Under the pieces are notes generated by a model, which was given only the letters and a program-made list of their open reading frames with translations, ran no database searches and had not been told where the DNA came from. Positions 7,836-16,151 of a DNA stretch of 54,164 bases are shown one piece after another. The DNA is from a virus: the IMG/VR virus record IMGVR_UViG_2829814883_000001, positions 1-54,164 of that record; one strand, 5' to 3'. Both the position numbers and the translations under genes were made by a program. Position 1 is the first letter of the stretch, and each line of letters starts with the position of its first letter.

Positions 7836-8260
7836 CGGCCGATCAGCCTCATCAGGGTCATGACGTAGCCCAGCGGCGTGGCGGGCCGGGGCGACTTCTT
7901 CAGGACGATGTCGAATTCGATCTGCCGGCCGACGCCGCTGACGCCGAGATAGGAATGCTTCTCGCGGTAGCGTTCCACCACCCACCAGCCCATGTTGCGG
8001 CCGTCGCCGCGCACCACGATGTGCGGCTCGCCGGACAGGCGCATCTGCTCGAGCACGTCGAGGCTGGTGAGCCCGCCCCATTTGCGCGGGAAGAGACGCC
8101 CGCGCAGGGTCAGGACGCTCTCACCTTCCCCCACGAATTCGAGCGGGCGGAGGCTGCCGATCACGTCCTTGGCGGCGTAATCGGCCGAGGCCTCCAGCTC
8201 GACCTCATGGATGTTCGGCGCCGTGACCCGGAAGGTCAGCGCTCCAACCTGATAGAGCAT
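7832..8260 (-). CDS. P2 gpU-like tail protein
   Basis: 142 aa. MLYQVGALTF...RGRLFP is the gpU pattern. It follows the tape measure gene. Confidence 0.75.
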   Translation of the reverse strand: MLYQVGALTFRVTAPNIHEVELEASADYAAKDVIGSLRPLEFVGEGESVLTLRGRLFPRKWGGLTSLDVLEQMRLSGEPHIVVRGDGRNMGWWVVERYREKHSYLGVSGVGRQIEFDIVLKKSPRPATPLGYVMTLMRLIGR

Positions 8261-8290
8261 GGGGTGTTCCTTGTTCGGAGAGGCGCGGGC

Positions 8291-10330
8291 CTAATCGTAG
8301 TCGGCGTAGGAGCCGGAGCGGCGGTTCTGGAATTCCTGCCCGAAGCTCAGCGAGCCGGCGCTGTTCCCAGCATTCTGCATGGCCGGGCCGATCTGGGACA
8401 GATCGGACAGGAGCCCGCGCACGGCCGCCCGCGCCCTTTCGATGGACGAGATGTCGACGGTCGGGGCCACGGGGTTGGTGAGCGCCTGGAGGACCTGCGC
8501 CGCCTCCGCCGCCTTGCCGGTAATCCGGTCGAGGCCGGACTGGCTGCCTTCGGGCGCACCGCCAGGGCCGAAGCCGAAGGAGGCTCCGCCGCCGAGCGTG
8601 GGCGCGACGGTGTCCGGGGGTGGAGACCGCCCGAAGTTCATGACGCTCTCGCCCGACCGGACCTGCCGCTCCAGCTGCGCGACCGAACCCGCAAGTTCCG
8701 CAAGCTTCGCCCGGACAGCATCCGCGTCGCGCTGCGCGGCCCGAAGCTCGTCCTCCGCGCGACCGATCTCGAGGTCGATCCGCCGCTGCTCGGATGGCGT
8801 GAGGGGACCGGCAGCCCGGCGGCTGCGAGCATCATCGAGCGTCGCCTTGGCCTTTCGCTCACGCTCCATTTTCTCGGCGATGGCCGCCGTCTGCCCCTTG
8901 AGCCGCGCCTCCTCTCCGGTCGCTCCCGCCCAGGCATCGAGCGCTTTGTAACCGGCGATGGCTGGTGCAACGTAGGGCAGGTTCGGAATGACATGGCCGG
9001 TTACGGCGTCTTGGACCACTTCGAGCGTACCCTTACCAGCACCCTCGCTTCCGTTCTTCTCCTCTTCGTAGGCTTTCAGACGCTTCAGGATGCGCTGCAG
9101 GAGCGTATCGCCATTCTCCAGATCGTTGAGAAACCGACTCAGGTTCTCCGCCGCATCGCCCAGCCCCAGCTTGATCGGCCGACCTAATCTGGTCATCAGG
9201 GAATCCCAGGCCTTCTCGGCCCGTTCGATCTTGGCGAAGTCCTTCTCCTGCCAGAGCTCGAAACCCTTCTGGACCGAGCCGACATAGTTCTTCTTGTCAC
9301 CCATGGTCTGCAGCAGCGTATTCACGCGCGGCAACTGGTTGATCAGGCGGGAGATGTCGTCCTGGTATTCCTTGCCGAAGAGATTCGTCAGGATCTCGGC
9401 GCGCTTGAGAGGATCGGAGACCTTGCTGATTTTGGTCAACAGGCCGAGCGTCGCCTCCATGGGTTTCGCCGTGAACTCCCTGCGCATCTTGGTGGAGTTG
9501 ACGCCGAGGGCTTTGAGGCCCGCGCCCGCATCCTTGGAGAATCCCTCCCCGAGCTGCATCAGGGTGAGCAAAGCATTGTAGCCGGTCGCGGCGACCTCGG
9601 TGGTCACACCCACTTCCTTGAGCGCTGCCCCCACGGCGAGGGTCTGCTCGGCGGTGATGCCGACCTGCTTACCGGCCGCGCCCGTGCGGCGCAGGAATTC
9701 CAGAAGGTCCGATTCCTTCGAGGCCGAGGAATCGGCCGCCGTGTTGATGGCGTCGCCGATCTCCTCGATCCGGGTCTGGTTCGCGGCGTAGATGTTGCCG
9801 ATTTCGGCCAGGCCCTGCCCGACCTCATCGGCGCTCATCTCCCAGGCGCTGGTGGCCTTCGCCGCATATTCGGTGAACCGCGCCAGCTCCTTGACGGGAC
9901 GTCCGGCAAAGCCTGCCGACGCCATGATGTCGGCCACATCCTCCTTGGCCATGCCGGTCTGCTTCGAGATCCGCAGGATATCGTCCTCGAACTTCTTGGC
10001 CGCCGCCCCCGTCGTGTCGGTGGCCTTCTCCACACGGTACATGGACCGTTCGAAAGACAGCGCCTCCCGACCGGCCTTATGGAGAGCCGCACCGGCGGCG
10101 AAGGCGGCCACGCCGATTGCACCGCCGGCGGCGGAAAGCCCCAGGCCCGCTCCATCGAGGGCCGATCCGGCTACCGCGAGGGTCCTGGTCGAGGCCGCGA
10201 GCTGGCGAGTCCCGCCTCGGGCGTTGCGCGCCGTGCGGTCGAGATCCCGGATCGAACGCGCCGCCTTCCCGGCCGGACCCGAGACGCCGTCCTTGAGGCG
10301 GACGGTCAGCTGAGACGTGAGGTTAGCCAT
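8291..10330 (-). CDS. Tail tape measure protein
   Basis: 679 aa, Ala/Gly-rich helical protein with a TP901-type core. It lies immediately downstream of the E/E' chaperone pair. Confidence 0.85.
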   Translation of the reverse strand: MANLTSQLTVRLKDGVSGPAGKAARSIRDLDRTARNARGGTRQLAASTRTLAVAGSALDGAGLGLSAAGGAIGVAAFAAGAALHKAGREALSFERSMYRVEKATDTTGAAAKKFEDDILRISKQTGMAKEDVADIMASAGFAGRPVKELARFTEYAAKATSAWEMSADEVGQGLAEIGNIYAANQTRIEEIGDAINTAADSSASKESDLLEFLRRTGAAGKQVGITAEQTLAVGAALKEVGVTTEVAATGYNALLTLMQLGEGFSKDAGAGLKALGVNSTKMRREFTAKPMEATLGLLTKISKVSDPLKRAEILTNLFGKEYQDDISRLINQLPRVNTLLQTMGDKKNYVGSVQKGFELWQEKDFAKIERAEKAWDSLMTRLGRPIKLGLGDAAENLSRFLNDLENGDTLLQRILKRLKAYEEEKNGSEGAGKGTLEVVQDAVTGHVIPNLPYVAPAIAGYKALDAWAGATGEEARLKGQTAAIAEKMERERKAKATLDDARSRRAAGPLTPSEQRRIDLEIGRAEDELRAAQRDADAVRAKLAELAGSVAQLERQVRSGESVMNFGRSPPPDTVAPTLGGGASFGFGPGGAPEGSQSGLDRITGKAAEAAQVLQALTNPVAPTVDISSIERARAAVRGLLSDLSQIGPAMQNAGNSAGSLSFGQEFQNRRSGSYADYD

Positions 10331-10834
10331 GGACGGGCTCCGTTAAGCCGAGCGCGAGCGCCTCCTCGTACCAGCCGAGAAGATCGAGCCAGTCGTAGGT
10401 TTTCAGGTCGCGGATATTCTGGTTCAGTCCGCTTGCGACGGCGGCGACGTAGCGTCGCCAGAGAGCAGGGTTGACCCGAGCACCCGTCGCAAGCGTTGGG
10501 GCAAAAAACTTTGCACGACCTCGAAGACGCGCCGGTCGTCGTCGTCGTCCATCACCCCGGCGGCAAACAGACCGGGGGGCACCGGCTCGCCACCGGGCAG
10601 CGTCGTCATGGCCTCGCAGATGCTCACCTCGGCCCCGCTTTTCAGGGCCTCCATGACAGCCTCGACCTGGGACACGGTCAGGCGATGGACTTCGAAGCCG
10701 GTGATCTCGGCCCCGCCGTAGGTGAAAGGCCATTCGAGGGAAACGGCCTGCGTTCGGGCGCGCCCCTCGACGGGCAGAAACGCTGCTTTTACGTGGGGCT
10801 CAGGTGACGATGACATTGGTTCCTGCTCGGCCAT
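10323..10834 (-). CDS. Tail assembly chaperone gpE+E' (-1 frameshift fusion product)
   Basis: After a -1 slip at TTTTTTG, the reading continues as FFAPTLATGARVNPALWRRYVAAVASGLNQNIRDLKTYDWLDLLGWYEEAL. That is the C-terminal part of track ORF 10323-10733 and ends 8 nt inside the tape measure gene. Confidence 0.7.
10424..10834 (-). CDS. Tail assembly chaperone gpE (zero-frame product)
   Basis: ATG at 10834 is preceded by AAGGAA. 136 aa. It contains the slippery site near its 3' end. Confidence 0.75.
   Translation of the reverse strand: MAEQEPMSSSPEPHVKAAFLPVEGRARTQAVSLEWPFTYGGAEITGFEVHRLTVSQVEAVMEALKSGAEVSICEAMTTLPGGEPVPPGLFAAGVMDDDDDRRVFEVVQSFLPQRLRRVLGSTLLSGDATSPPSQAD
10502..10508 (-). promoter_or_regulatory. 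Programmed -1 ribosomal frameshift slippery heptamer T TTT TTG
   Basis: The minus strand reads AGT TTT TTG CCC. This is the same heptamer class as P2 E/E' and other tail chaperone frameshifts. Confidence 0.7.
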
Positions 10835-10845
10835 TCCGGCATTCC

Positions 10846-11700
10846 TTACTGCATGTTGACGATGGATTTCGGAATCATGACGGCGCGGGACTTCACGCCG
10901 CCGAAATCGAGCGGCGCGCGGCTGGCCCTGGCGCCGTCGAGAGACAGGAGGGGCAGATACCAATCCTCCGCCCAGGGGGTTTCCTCGAACAGTTTCTTCA
11001 GGGCCGGATGATGCTCGGCGACGGCGAGATAGTCCCGCCCCCGCCCCGGCACCGGCTTGAGACCGCGCGCCTGGAGCCAGCCGCGCACGGTCGGGTCGCT
11101 CCAGGCCCGCTGCACCTGGACGCGCACCGAGGAGCCCGTATCCAGGGCGAAGCGCAGCAGATGGCCGAGGCAGCCGGGGCCGTCTTCGTCGGGCAGGTCG
11201 TAGAGCGCGCCCTCCTCCCGCGTGTGAACCTGGGGCAGCGGCAGGCGTTCCCACAGGGCCTTGGCCTGGACGCGCCCATAGATGTGCCGCGCCTCGGCCA
11301 CCAGGCGGGAATAGGCGTTGAGGCGCTCGACCTCGACGAGGTCCACTGTCGCCGGCGCGGACGGCGGCTGGCCCACCGAGTAGGTGCCGGTGCGGCGCAG
11401 GGCCGGCAGCACCTCGTGCGCGAGCCAGCGCTTGAACCGCTCGGCCGCCGGGGTGCGGGAGGTGAAGATCAGCCGGTAGACGCCAGCTTCAGAGATGATG
11501 GTAGTCATCCGATCTCGACCGATTGCGTCCACAATCTGGACGCAATCCCTTTCGTCGTCATCAAGACGTGAAAGAACCTGTCGAGAATTCTTCAGGTCGA
11601 GCGCGGCGCAAACATCGGTCCCGACGAACCAGGGCTCCTCGTCCCTGACCACGGTGCGGACCTGCTTGGCTTCGAAGGTGTAGGCTTGAAGGGCGTTCAT
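10846..11700 (-). CDS. Bro-N domain protein (antirepressor-like) with an unknown C-terminal domain
   Basis: N-terminus F....VR.V..DEEPWFVG.DVC.AL......R.VL..LDDDE......D..GR...TIISEAGVYRLIF.SR.P.AERFKRWL..EVLP.LR matches Bro-N. Its stop lies 11 nt before the gpE start. Confidence 0.75.
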   Translation of the reverse strand: MNALQAYTFEAKQVRTVVRDEEPWFVGTDVCAALDLKNSRQVLSRLDDDERDCVQIVDAIGRDRMTTIISEAGVYRLIFTSRTPAAERFKRWLAHEVLPALRRTGTYSVGQPPSAPATVDLVEVERLNAYSRLVAEARHIYGRVQAKALWERLPLPQVHTREEGALYDLPDEDGPGCLGHLLRFALDTGSSVRVQVQRAWSDPTVRGWLQARGLKPVPGRGRDYLAVAEHHPALKKLFEETPWAEDWYLPLLSLDGARASRAPLDFGGVKSRAVMIPKSIVNMQ

Positions 11701-11831
11701 AGATCAGTCTCCATCGGCATCCGGCCCGCCAAGACCTGGAATGCGCACAGGTGGTCGCGAACGACCGCCGGAGCCGATGAAGCTCGCCGGTCGCATTCAT
11801 CCCCATGGCGGCGGGGAAATTCGGTGTGGTG

Positions 11832-12218
11832 TCAGGCGGTGGCCGCGAGGCGCAGCACGTCGTCGACGAGGGCGGTCAGCATCTCATCCAGGCTCGGCCC
11901 GTCATCGTCCCGCTCCGGCGCGTATTGCCTGGCGATGGCGGCCTTGACGGCGAGACCGCCGACGGTGCGGGCCGGAATGGCCTGGATCGCGAATTCGAGG
12001 CGGGCGGCCTCGGCGCACAGGGCCGCGTATGCGGCTTCACCGGTTCCGTCCGGGGCGGATTTGGCCCGGTCCTGGGCCGCTCTCCACTCCCTGCCGAGGC
12101 GCATAAGCTCCGCGTCGGGGTTGCGGCCCGGAGCGGCCTGCGCCAGGGAAGCGGACAAGGGGGCGGCGAGCGCCGCTGACAAAACGGCGCGGCGTGTGGT
12201 AGAAGCGGCATCAGCCAT
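11832..12218 (-). CDS. Hypothetical exported protein with a twin-arginine (Tat) type signal
   Basis: 128 aa. N-terminus TTRRAVLSAALAAPLSASLAQA. The + strand ORFs opposite it are R/S-rich junk. Confidence 0.6.
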   Translation of the reverse strand: MADAASTTRRAVLSAALAAPLSASLAQAAPGRNPDAELMRLGREWRAAQDRAKSAPDGTGEAAYAALCAEAARLEFAIQAIPARTVGGLAVKAAIARQYAPERDDDGPSLDEMLTALVDDVLRLAATA

Positions 12219-12248
12219 GGCATCCTCTAACTTAGGTTGCTTCGGTTA

Positions 12249-12290
12249 GAGCCGGGTGAGAGGTGCAAGCTCTTGCTCGGCTCGTTTTTT
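12249..12290 (+). terminator. Terminator-like hairpin (14-bp stem including 3 GU pairs, 7-nt loop) followed by TTTTTT
   Basis: 5' arm 12249-12262, loop 12263-12269, 3' arm 12270-12283, T-run 12285-12290. No + strand gene ends upstream of it, so its role is unclear. Confidence 0.4.
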
Positions 12291-12306
12291 GTGATATCTC
12301 TAATTC

Positions 12307-12519
12307 ATGACCAAGTCAATTACTGATATCACGAAAAAGCGGGGCAGGCCGAGATCGACTGGTCCGGGCACTCCTATCGGATTGCGGTTACTACCGGAGA
12401 TCCTAAGCGCTCTGGACGCTTGGATCGAGAAGCTACCAGATCCAAAACCTTCGCGCCCTGAGGCGATCCGGCAGATCCTGACCGACTGGCTGAAGGCCAA
12501 GGGCTACCTATCCCAATAG
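12307..12519 (+). CDS. Small RHH-like DNA-binding protein (70 aa)
   Basis: KKRGRPRSTGPGTPIGLRLLPEILSALDAWIEK resembles the GRP..P..LRL.P..L pattern of BrnA/CopG-type proteins. It sits on the strand opposite to the tail operon. Confidence 0.55.
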   Translation: MTKSITDITKKRGRPRSTGPGTPIGLRLLPEILSALDAWIEKLPDPKPSRPEAIRQILTDWLKAKGYLSQ

Positions 12520-12590
12520 CCGAGACAACCGGGGATTGACTCCTGCAACACAGTCACGCTCATTAAGCGAGGCTCAATACAGGGGGTCCC

Positions 12591-13025
12591 ATGCCATTCC
12601 GTCCACACGCTCTCGTCCTGCTCGCGGCTGCATTAGGCTGGTTTTCCGGCCCGGCAGTTGCTCAATCGACCGAATACAAGGTCGTCGATGCGGCAGACCT
12701 ATCCGTCAGCGCCCGCAAGTACGCAGATCGCGACATCGAGGTCCGCGACGTGCGGTGCTATTATGCTGACATCGGCGACTATCGCTGCGTGACAAGAGAA
12801 AGCGTAAGCATCTTCGCCGCCTCGATCGCGCCCCTTGAGGCCGAAACCGCCATCAAGGACAACTGCGACGCCATCAAGGTCGCCCTTACATCTCCAAAGT
12901 GCCGCGTCGCACTCAGATTTCGTTACTCCGCCGAGCAGGTAGGACACGACATCATCAGCGGATATCAGAAGCGCACTGTCATCAAAACTGGGATGGTAAG
13001 GGTCGGGTTCGCCCGCAAGCGCTGA
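12591..13025 (+). CDS. Secreted hypothetical protein (Sec signal, cleavage after AVA; 4 Cys in the mature part)
   Basis: 144 aa. MPFRPHALVLLAAALGWFSGPAVA-QS. Locally lower GC. SD-like aggggg lies upstream. Confidence 0.6.
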   Translation: MPFRPHALVLLAAALGWFSGPAVAQSTEYKVVDAADLSVSARKYADRDIEVRDVRCYYADIGDYRCVTRESVSIFAASIAPLEAETAIKDNCDAIKVALTSPKCRVALRFRYSAEQVGHDIISGYQKRTVIKTGMVRVGFARKR

Positions 13026-13033
13026 TCACCAAG

Positions 13034-13057
13034 GAAGCCCGCCAACCGGCGGGCTTC
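13034..13057. terminator. 10-bp perfect GC-rich hairpin between the convergent genes 12591-13025 (+) and tube (-)
   Basis: gaagcccgcc aacc ggcgggcttc. Only short T-runs flank it. Confidence 0.5.
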
Positions 13058-13069
13058 TTCATGTCAGGA

Positions 13070-13597
13070 TCAATACCGCAGGATCCGGCGCTCGTCGGCG
13101 TTCTGAGGAACGCCGTTGATCCGGCGCTCGCCCGTCTCGAAGTCGAAGTAGAACTTCTCCTTCTCGTCGAACCAGAGGCCGTAACGCATGATCTCCTGGA
13201 TCGTGTGGTCGTGGCCGAGAACGTCGCCGCCGCGGCTGAACTCGTCGCTCTCGATCCGGGTCAGGCGGCCCCAGGCGATGGCCTTGACCTCGATGGCCCG
13301 GTGGCTGATGTCCTTGCTCCGGACCAGGCCGTAGGTCGTGTAGGGCTGAATCCCCCCGTCGAGACCGAACTGCTCCATGGTCTGCGGATCGTAGCCGAAG
13401 ACCTTGAAGGTGATCTCGAGCGCATTCATGCCCAGTCCGCCGACATTGACGGCCATGTAGGACCCGCCCGGGTGAACGGTGGCGGAGACCTCCTCCATCG
13501 TCGGCAGCTTGATGGACTGGAGATTGTTGCGCTTGTTGGCGTTCGGCGAGTTGTCGCCGGCGTAGAGGTTGACGGCCTCCTGGATGAGCAAAGGCAT
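13070..13597 (-). CDS. Major tail tube protein (P2 FII-like)
   Basis: 175 aa. MPLLIQEAVNLYAGD...IKLP and the C-terminal pattern are typical of FII. It lies directly downstream of the sheath. Confidence 0.85.
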   Translation of the reverse strand: MPLLIQEAVNLYAGDNSPNANKRNNLQSIKLPTMEEVSATVHPGGSYMAVNVGGLGMNALEITFKVFGYDPQTMEQFGLDGGIQPYTTYGLVRSKDISHRAIEVKAIAWGRLTRIESDEFSRGGDVLGHDHTIQEIMRYGLWFDEKEKFYFDFETGERRINGVPQNADERRILRY

Positions 13598-13678
13598 GGT
13601 CCGTTTCCTTCGAGATGAATGACAGGTGAGGAGCGAAGGGCCGCACTCCCGTGAAGGTGCGCGGCCCTATCGGCCCGG

Positions 13679-15532
13679 TTACGCGGCGGTCCCGAGGAGT
13701 TGGTCGGTGTTGGAGACCAGATCCTGGATGAGGATGTTCAGGGACTCGCGGTTGCGGCGGCTGTCGAGCGTGACGTGCTTGAGGGTCGGCGGCTCCTCGG
13801 CGGCGTAGAAGGTCCGGATGCGGCCGAGCCGCAGGTTCTCCGGATTGTTCTTGTCCTCCTCGAACCCGACATTCCAACCGGGCAGGATCGCGCCTCTGGC
13901 CTGAAGATCGGACAGGAAGGCGATATGGTCGTTGAGGACCGCCTGGATGCCGTGCCGCGTGATATTGGTCCGGCCCAGCCGCCGCCGGGTGGCGCGAAGC
14001 AGAGCGAGGTGCTCGTAATCGCGCATGCGGCTCACGTTGATCATGCGCCACTTCGGATCCTCGGCGCAGGTATCGGTGCAGATCAGCACGAAGCCGGAAT
14101 CGGAAATCGCCGTCTCGAGCCCGAGCTCGCCGCGCTGGGTGATGCCGATCTGGTTGGCCAGGAGAGTCTGGCCGTCATTTGCGCCATCGGTGAGAGAGAA
14201 GGAATCGTAGCGCTTGAGGCCGATGATCCCCTGAACCGGGCGGTTGGCCGGCGCATACATGGGAATGCCCCCAGCCTCGAAATCGGCTGCGACCTGCTGG
14301 CCGATGGCCACCAGCGCACCATCCTCCTCCACGTCCGACGTGCCGACCCGGACGATGTCCCAGTTGTCGAGAGCGATCAGGTTTTCGCTGGTGATCGTCT
14401 CGCGCCAGTCGAGGGCGTCCCGCACCGTGGTGCCGGGCCCGCCGACATAGGCCTTGGCGAGCAGCGCATTCGTGATCTGAGGCAGCGCCGCGCAGATCGG
14501 GTTGGCCTGCGCCACGCCGCCGGTCACGCCGACCGTCACGTCGAAGCCGTCGCCGACCGCGAAATCGGTCGCGCCGTCGGCGATGGTGAACCGGATATGG
14601 GCGCCGGTATAGGCCTCGCCCACCGTGGCGTTGGCCAGCATCGCGCCATCGGGATCGCGGACGGAGAACACCCCGCCGTTTGCCGGAACGGAGGGCGCGA
14701 CCGTGATGGTGAACCGGTCGCCGATGGCGAAGTCGGTCGAGCCGTCCCCGATGGTGAACGTGACCGGGCCGTTATAGGCCTGTCCGACCTGAACGACGCC
14801 GATGGTCTGGCCGTTCGGGTTCTCGACCACGAAGGTGCCGCCGTTGGCCGCCGCGGCGAAACACGTCGCGGTATAGACGCCAGCCGCCGCGCCGACGCCG
14901 GTGCCGACGCCCGTGACCGCGCCGTTGCCGGTATTGCCCTCGGCCGCCGCAGCCGTGGCCGCGAAGGAGCCACCGATGCAGCGGACCTGATAGATGCCGG
15001 GCTTGACGCTGCCGCCGTAAGCCGGTGACGAGGCCAGGGTCAGGGTGCCGGTGCCGGCATTGCCGCCGCTCTTGACGGCACTGGAAACGTTCGTCGCACC
15101 CGCCGTGCGGCTGAACTTGCCCGTGAAGCCGGGCGAACCCAGCAGGCGCGGGATCACGCCGAGGCGCTGGCCTGATTGCAGCATGGCGTACCAGCCCGTG
15201 CCGGCCGCGGGATCGCCGACGATGTTGGCGATGGTCTCGTCGACGGTCGCACCCTGCGGGACGCGCACCGCCACGATCCGCGCGGCGATCTGGAAGCGCG
15301 CCAGCTGCGCATTGATCTTCACCACCGCCCGGTAGAGCGGGCCGGTGCCGAGCTTGCTCAGAGAGGCCAGGTCGCTCGAGTTGAAAGCCACCGCCACGTT
15401 GTAGGGGAAGGCGGCGGGGTCCGCGTCGGCGGAAGGCAGGACGAGGCCCACCACCGAGAGGTCGCTGGCGACAACCGAGGTCGGCTCGCTGTCGTCGCGG
15501 ATGAAGGTCATGCCGAAGGTCGGCTCGGTCAT
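13679..15532 (-). CDS. Contractile tail sheath protein (P2 FI-like) with a ~200-aa internal insertion
   Basis: 617 aa. The N- and C-terminal parts are sheath-like (the C-terminus RGAILPGWNV...RLGRIRTFY is conserved in FI proteins). The middle part carries Gly/Ala-rich tandem repeats. Confidence 0.85.
   Translation of the reverse strand: MTEPTFGMTFIRDDSEPTSVVASDLSVVGLVLPSADADPAAFPYNVAVAFNSSDLASLSKLGTGPLYRAVVKINAQLARFQIAARIVAVRVPQGATVDETIANIVGDPAAGTGWYAMLQSGQRLGVIPRLLGSPGFTGKFSRTAGATNVSSAVKSGGNAGTGTLTLASSPAYGGSVKPGIYQVRCIGGSFAATAAAAEGNTGNGAVTGVGTGVGAAAGVYTATCFAAAANGGTFVVENPNGQTIGVVQVGQAYNGPVTFTIGDGSTDFAIGDRFTITVAPSVPANGGVFSVRDPDGAMLANATVGEAYTGAHIRFTIADGATDFAVGDGFDVTVGVTGGVAQANPICAALPQITNALLAKAYVGGPGTTVRDALDWRETITSENLIALDNWDIVRVGTSDVEEDGALVAIGQQVAADFEAGGIPMYAPANRPVQGIIGLKRYDSFSLTDGANDGQTLLANQIGITQRGELGLETAISDSGFVLICTDTCAEDPKWRMINVSRMRDYEHLALLRATRRRLGRTNITRHGIQAVLNDHIAFLSDLQARGAILPGWNVGFEEDKNNPENLRLGRIRTFYAAEEPPTLKHVTLDSRRNRESLNILIQDLVSNTDQLLGTAA
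14531..14848 (-). repeat. Tandem ~50-aa repeat pair inside the sheath gene
   Basis: aa 229-278 NGGTFVVENPNGQTIGVVQVGQAYNGPVTFTIGDGSTDFAIGDRFTITV versus aa 285-334 NGGVFSVRDPDGAMLANATVGEAYTGAHIRFTIADGATDFAVGDGFDVTV. Confidence 0.8.
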
Positions 15533-15543
15533 CGTTCACTCCT

Positions 15544-15575
15544 GGAAAAGAAAAAGCCGCCCGAAAAGGGGCGGC
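15544..15575 (-). terminator. Rho-independent terminator on the minus strand, immediately upstream of the sheath RBS
   Basis: The minus strand reads GCCGCCCC TTTTC GGGCGGC TTTTTCTTTTCC, then CAGGAGTGAACG ATG. Two further hairpins lie at about 15585-15625. Confidence 0.65.
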
Positions 15576-15632
15576 GCGGTGGACCCGACGGGCGAGCCTG
15601 TCGGAGGAAAGGCCCCTGTCTGGGGCTTGGCT

Positions 15633-16151
15633 TCAATAGGCCCGCGGGATCGCCGCGAGCGCCGCATCGATGATCGCGGCCGTGATCGCCTCTCCGCCAT
15701 CGATCCGGGCCAGCAGCGCCCCCTCGACGTTGAAGCAGGCCTGCACATGCCCGAGCACGGCGAGGATGACGGTCTGCATGTCGTCATTCGACATCGCCCG
15801 GGACTTGTTGTCGGCGAACTTGAACATGTCGCCGTCCTGCCTCAGCCCGTCGCGGATGGCCGCATAGGTGCTGTCGAGGGCGGCCCTGTCATCGCCCCGC
15901 GCGGTCGAGACCGGGATAGCCTCGCCGCCGACCGTGACCGTGATCCCGCCCGTTTCCGCCTTCCAGCGTTCCTCGGCGAGATAGGCGGCCGGATCGAAGA
16001 CGGGGACCGGGAACGGCCTGATCTCGACCTGCTCCGCAACCAGCCTGCAGAAGTCGGCATTCGCGGTGTCGACAGGGATCGTCTTCTGGATACCGTCCTC
16101 AACGGCCCAGATTTCGGTATGAGCCGGGTTTGCGAAATCATACGTGTTCAT
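15633..16151 (-). CDS. DUF4376-like protein (tail fibre assembly/chaperone-like)
   Basis: Internal ATG 16151 of track ORF 15633-16421 gives 172 aa. ATGA overlap with the tail fibre stop. Confidence 0.55.
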   Translation of the reverse strand: MNTYDFANPAHTEIWAVEDGIQKTIPVDTANADFCRLVAEQVEIRPFPVPVFDPAAYLAEERWKAETGGITVTVGGEAIPVSTARGDDRAALDSTYAAIRDGLRQDGDMFKFADNKSRAMSNDDMQTVILAVLGHVQACFNVEGALLARIDGGEAITAAIIDAALAAIPRAY

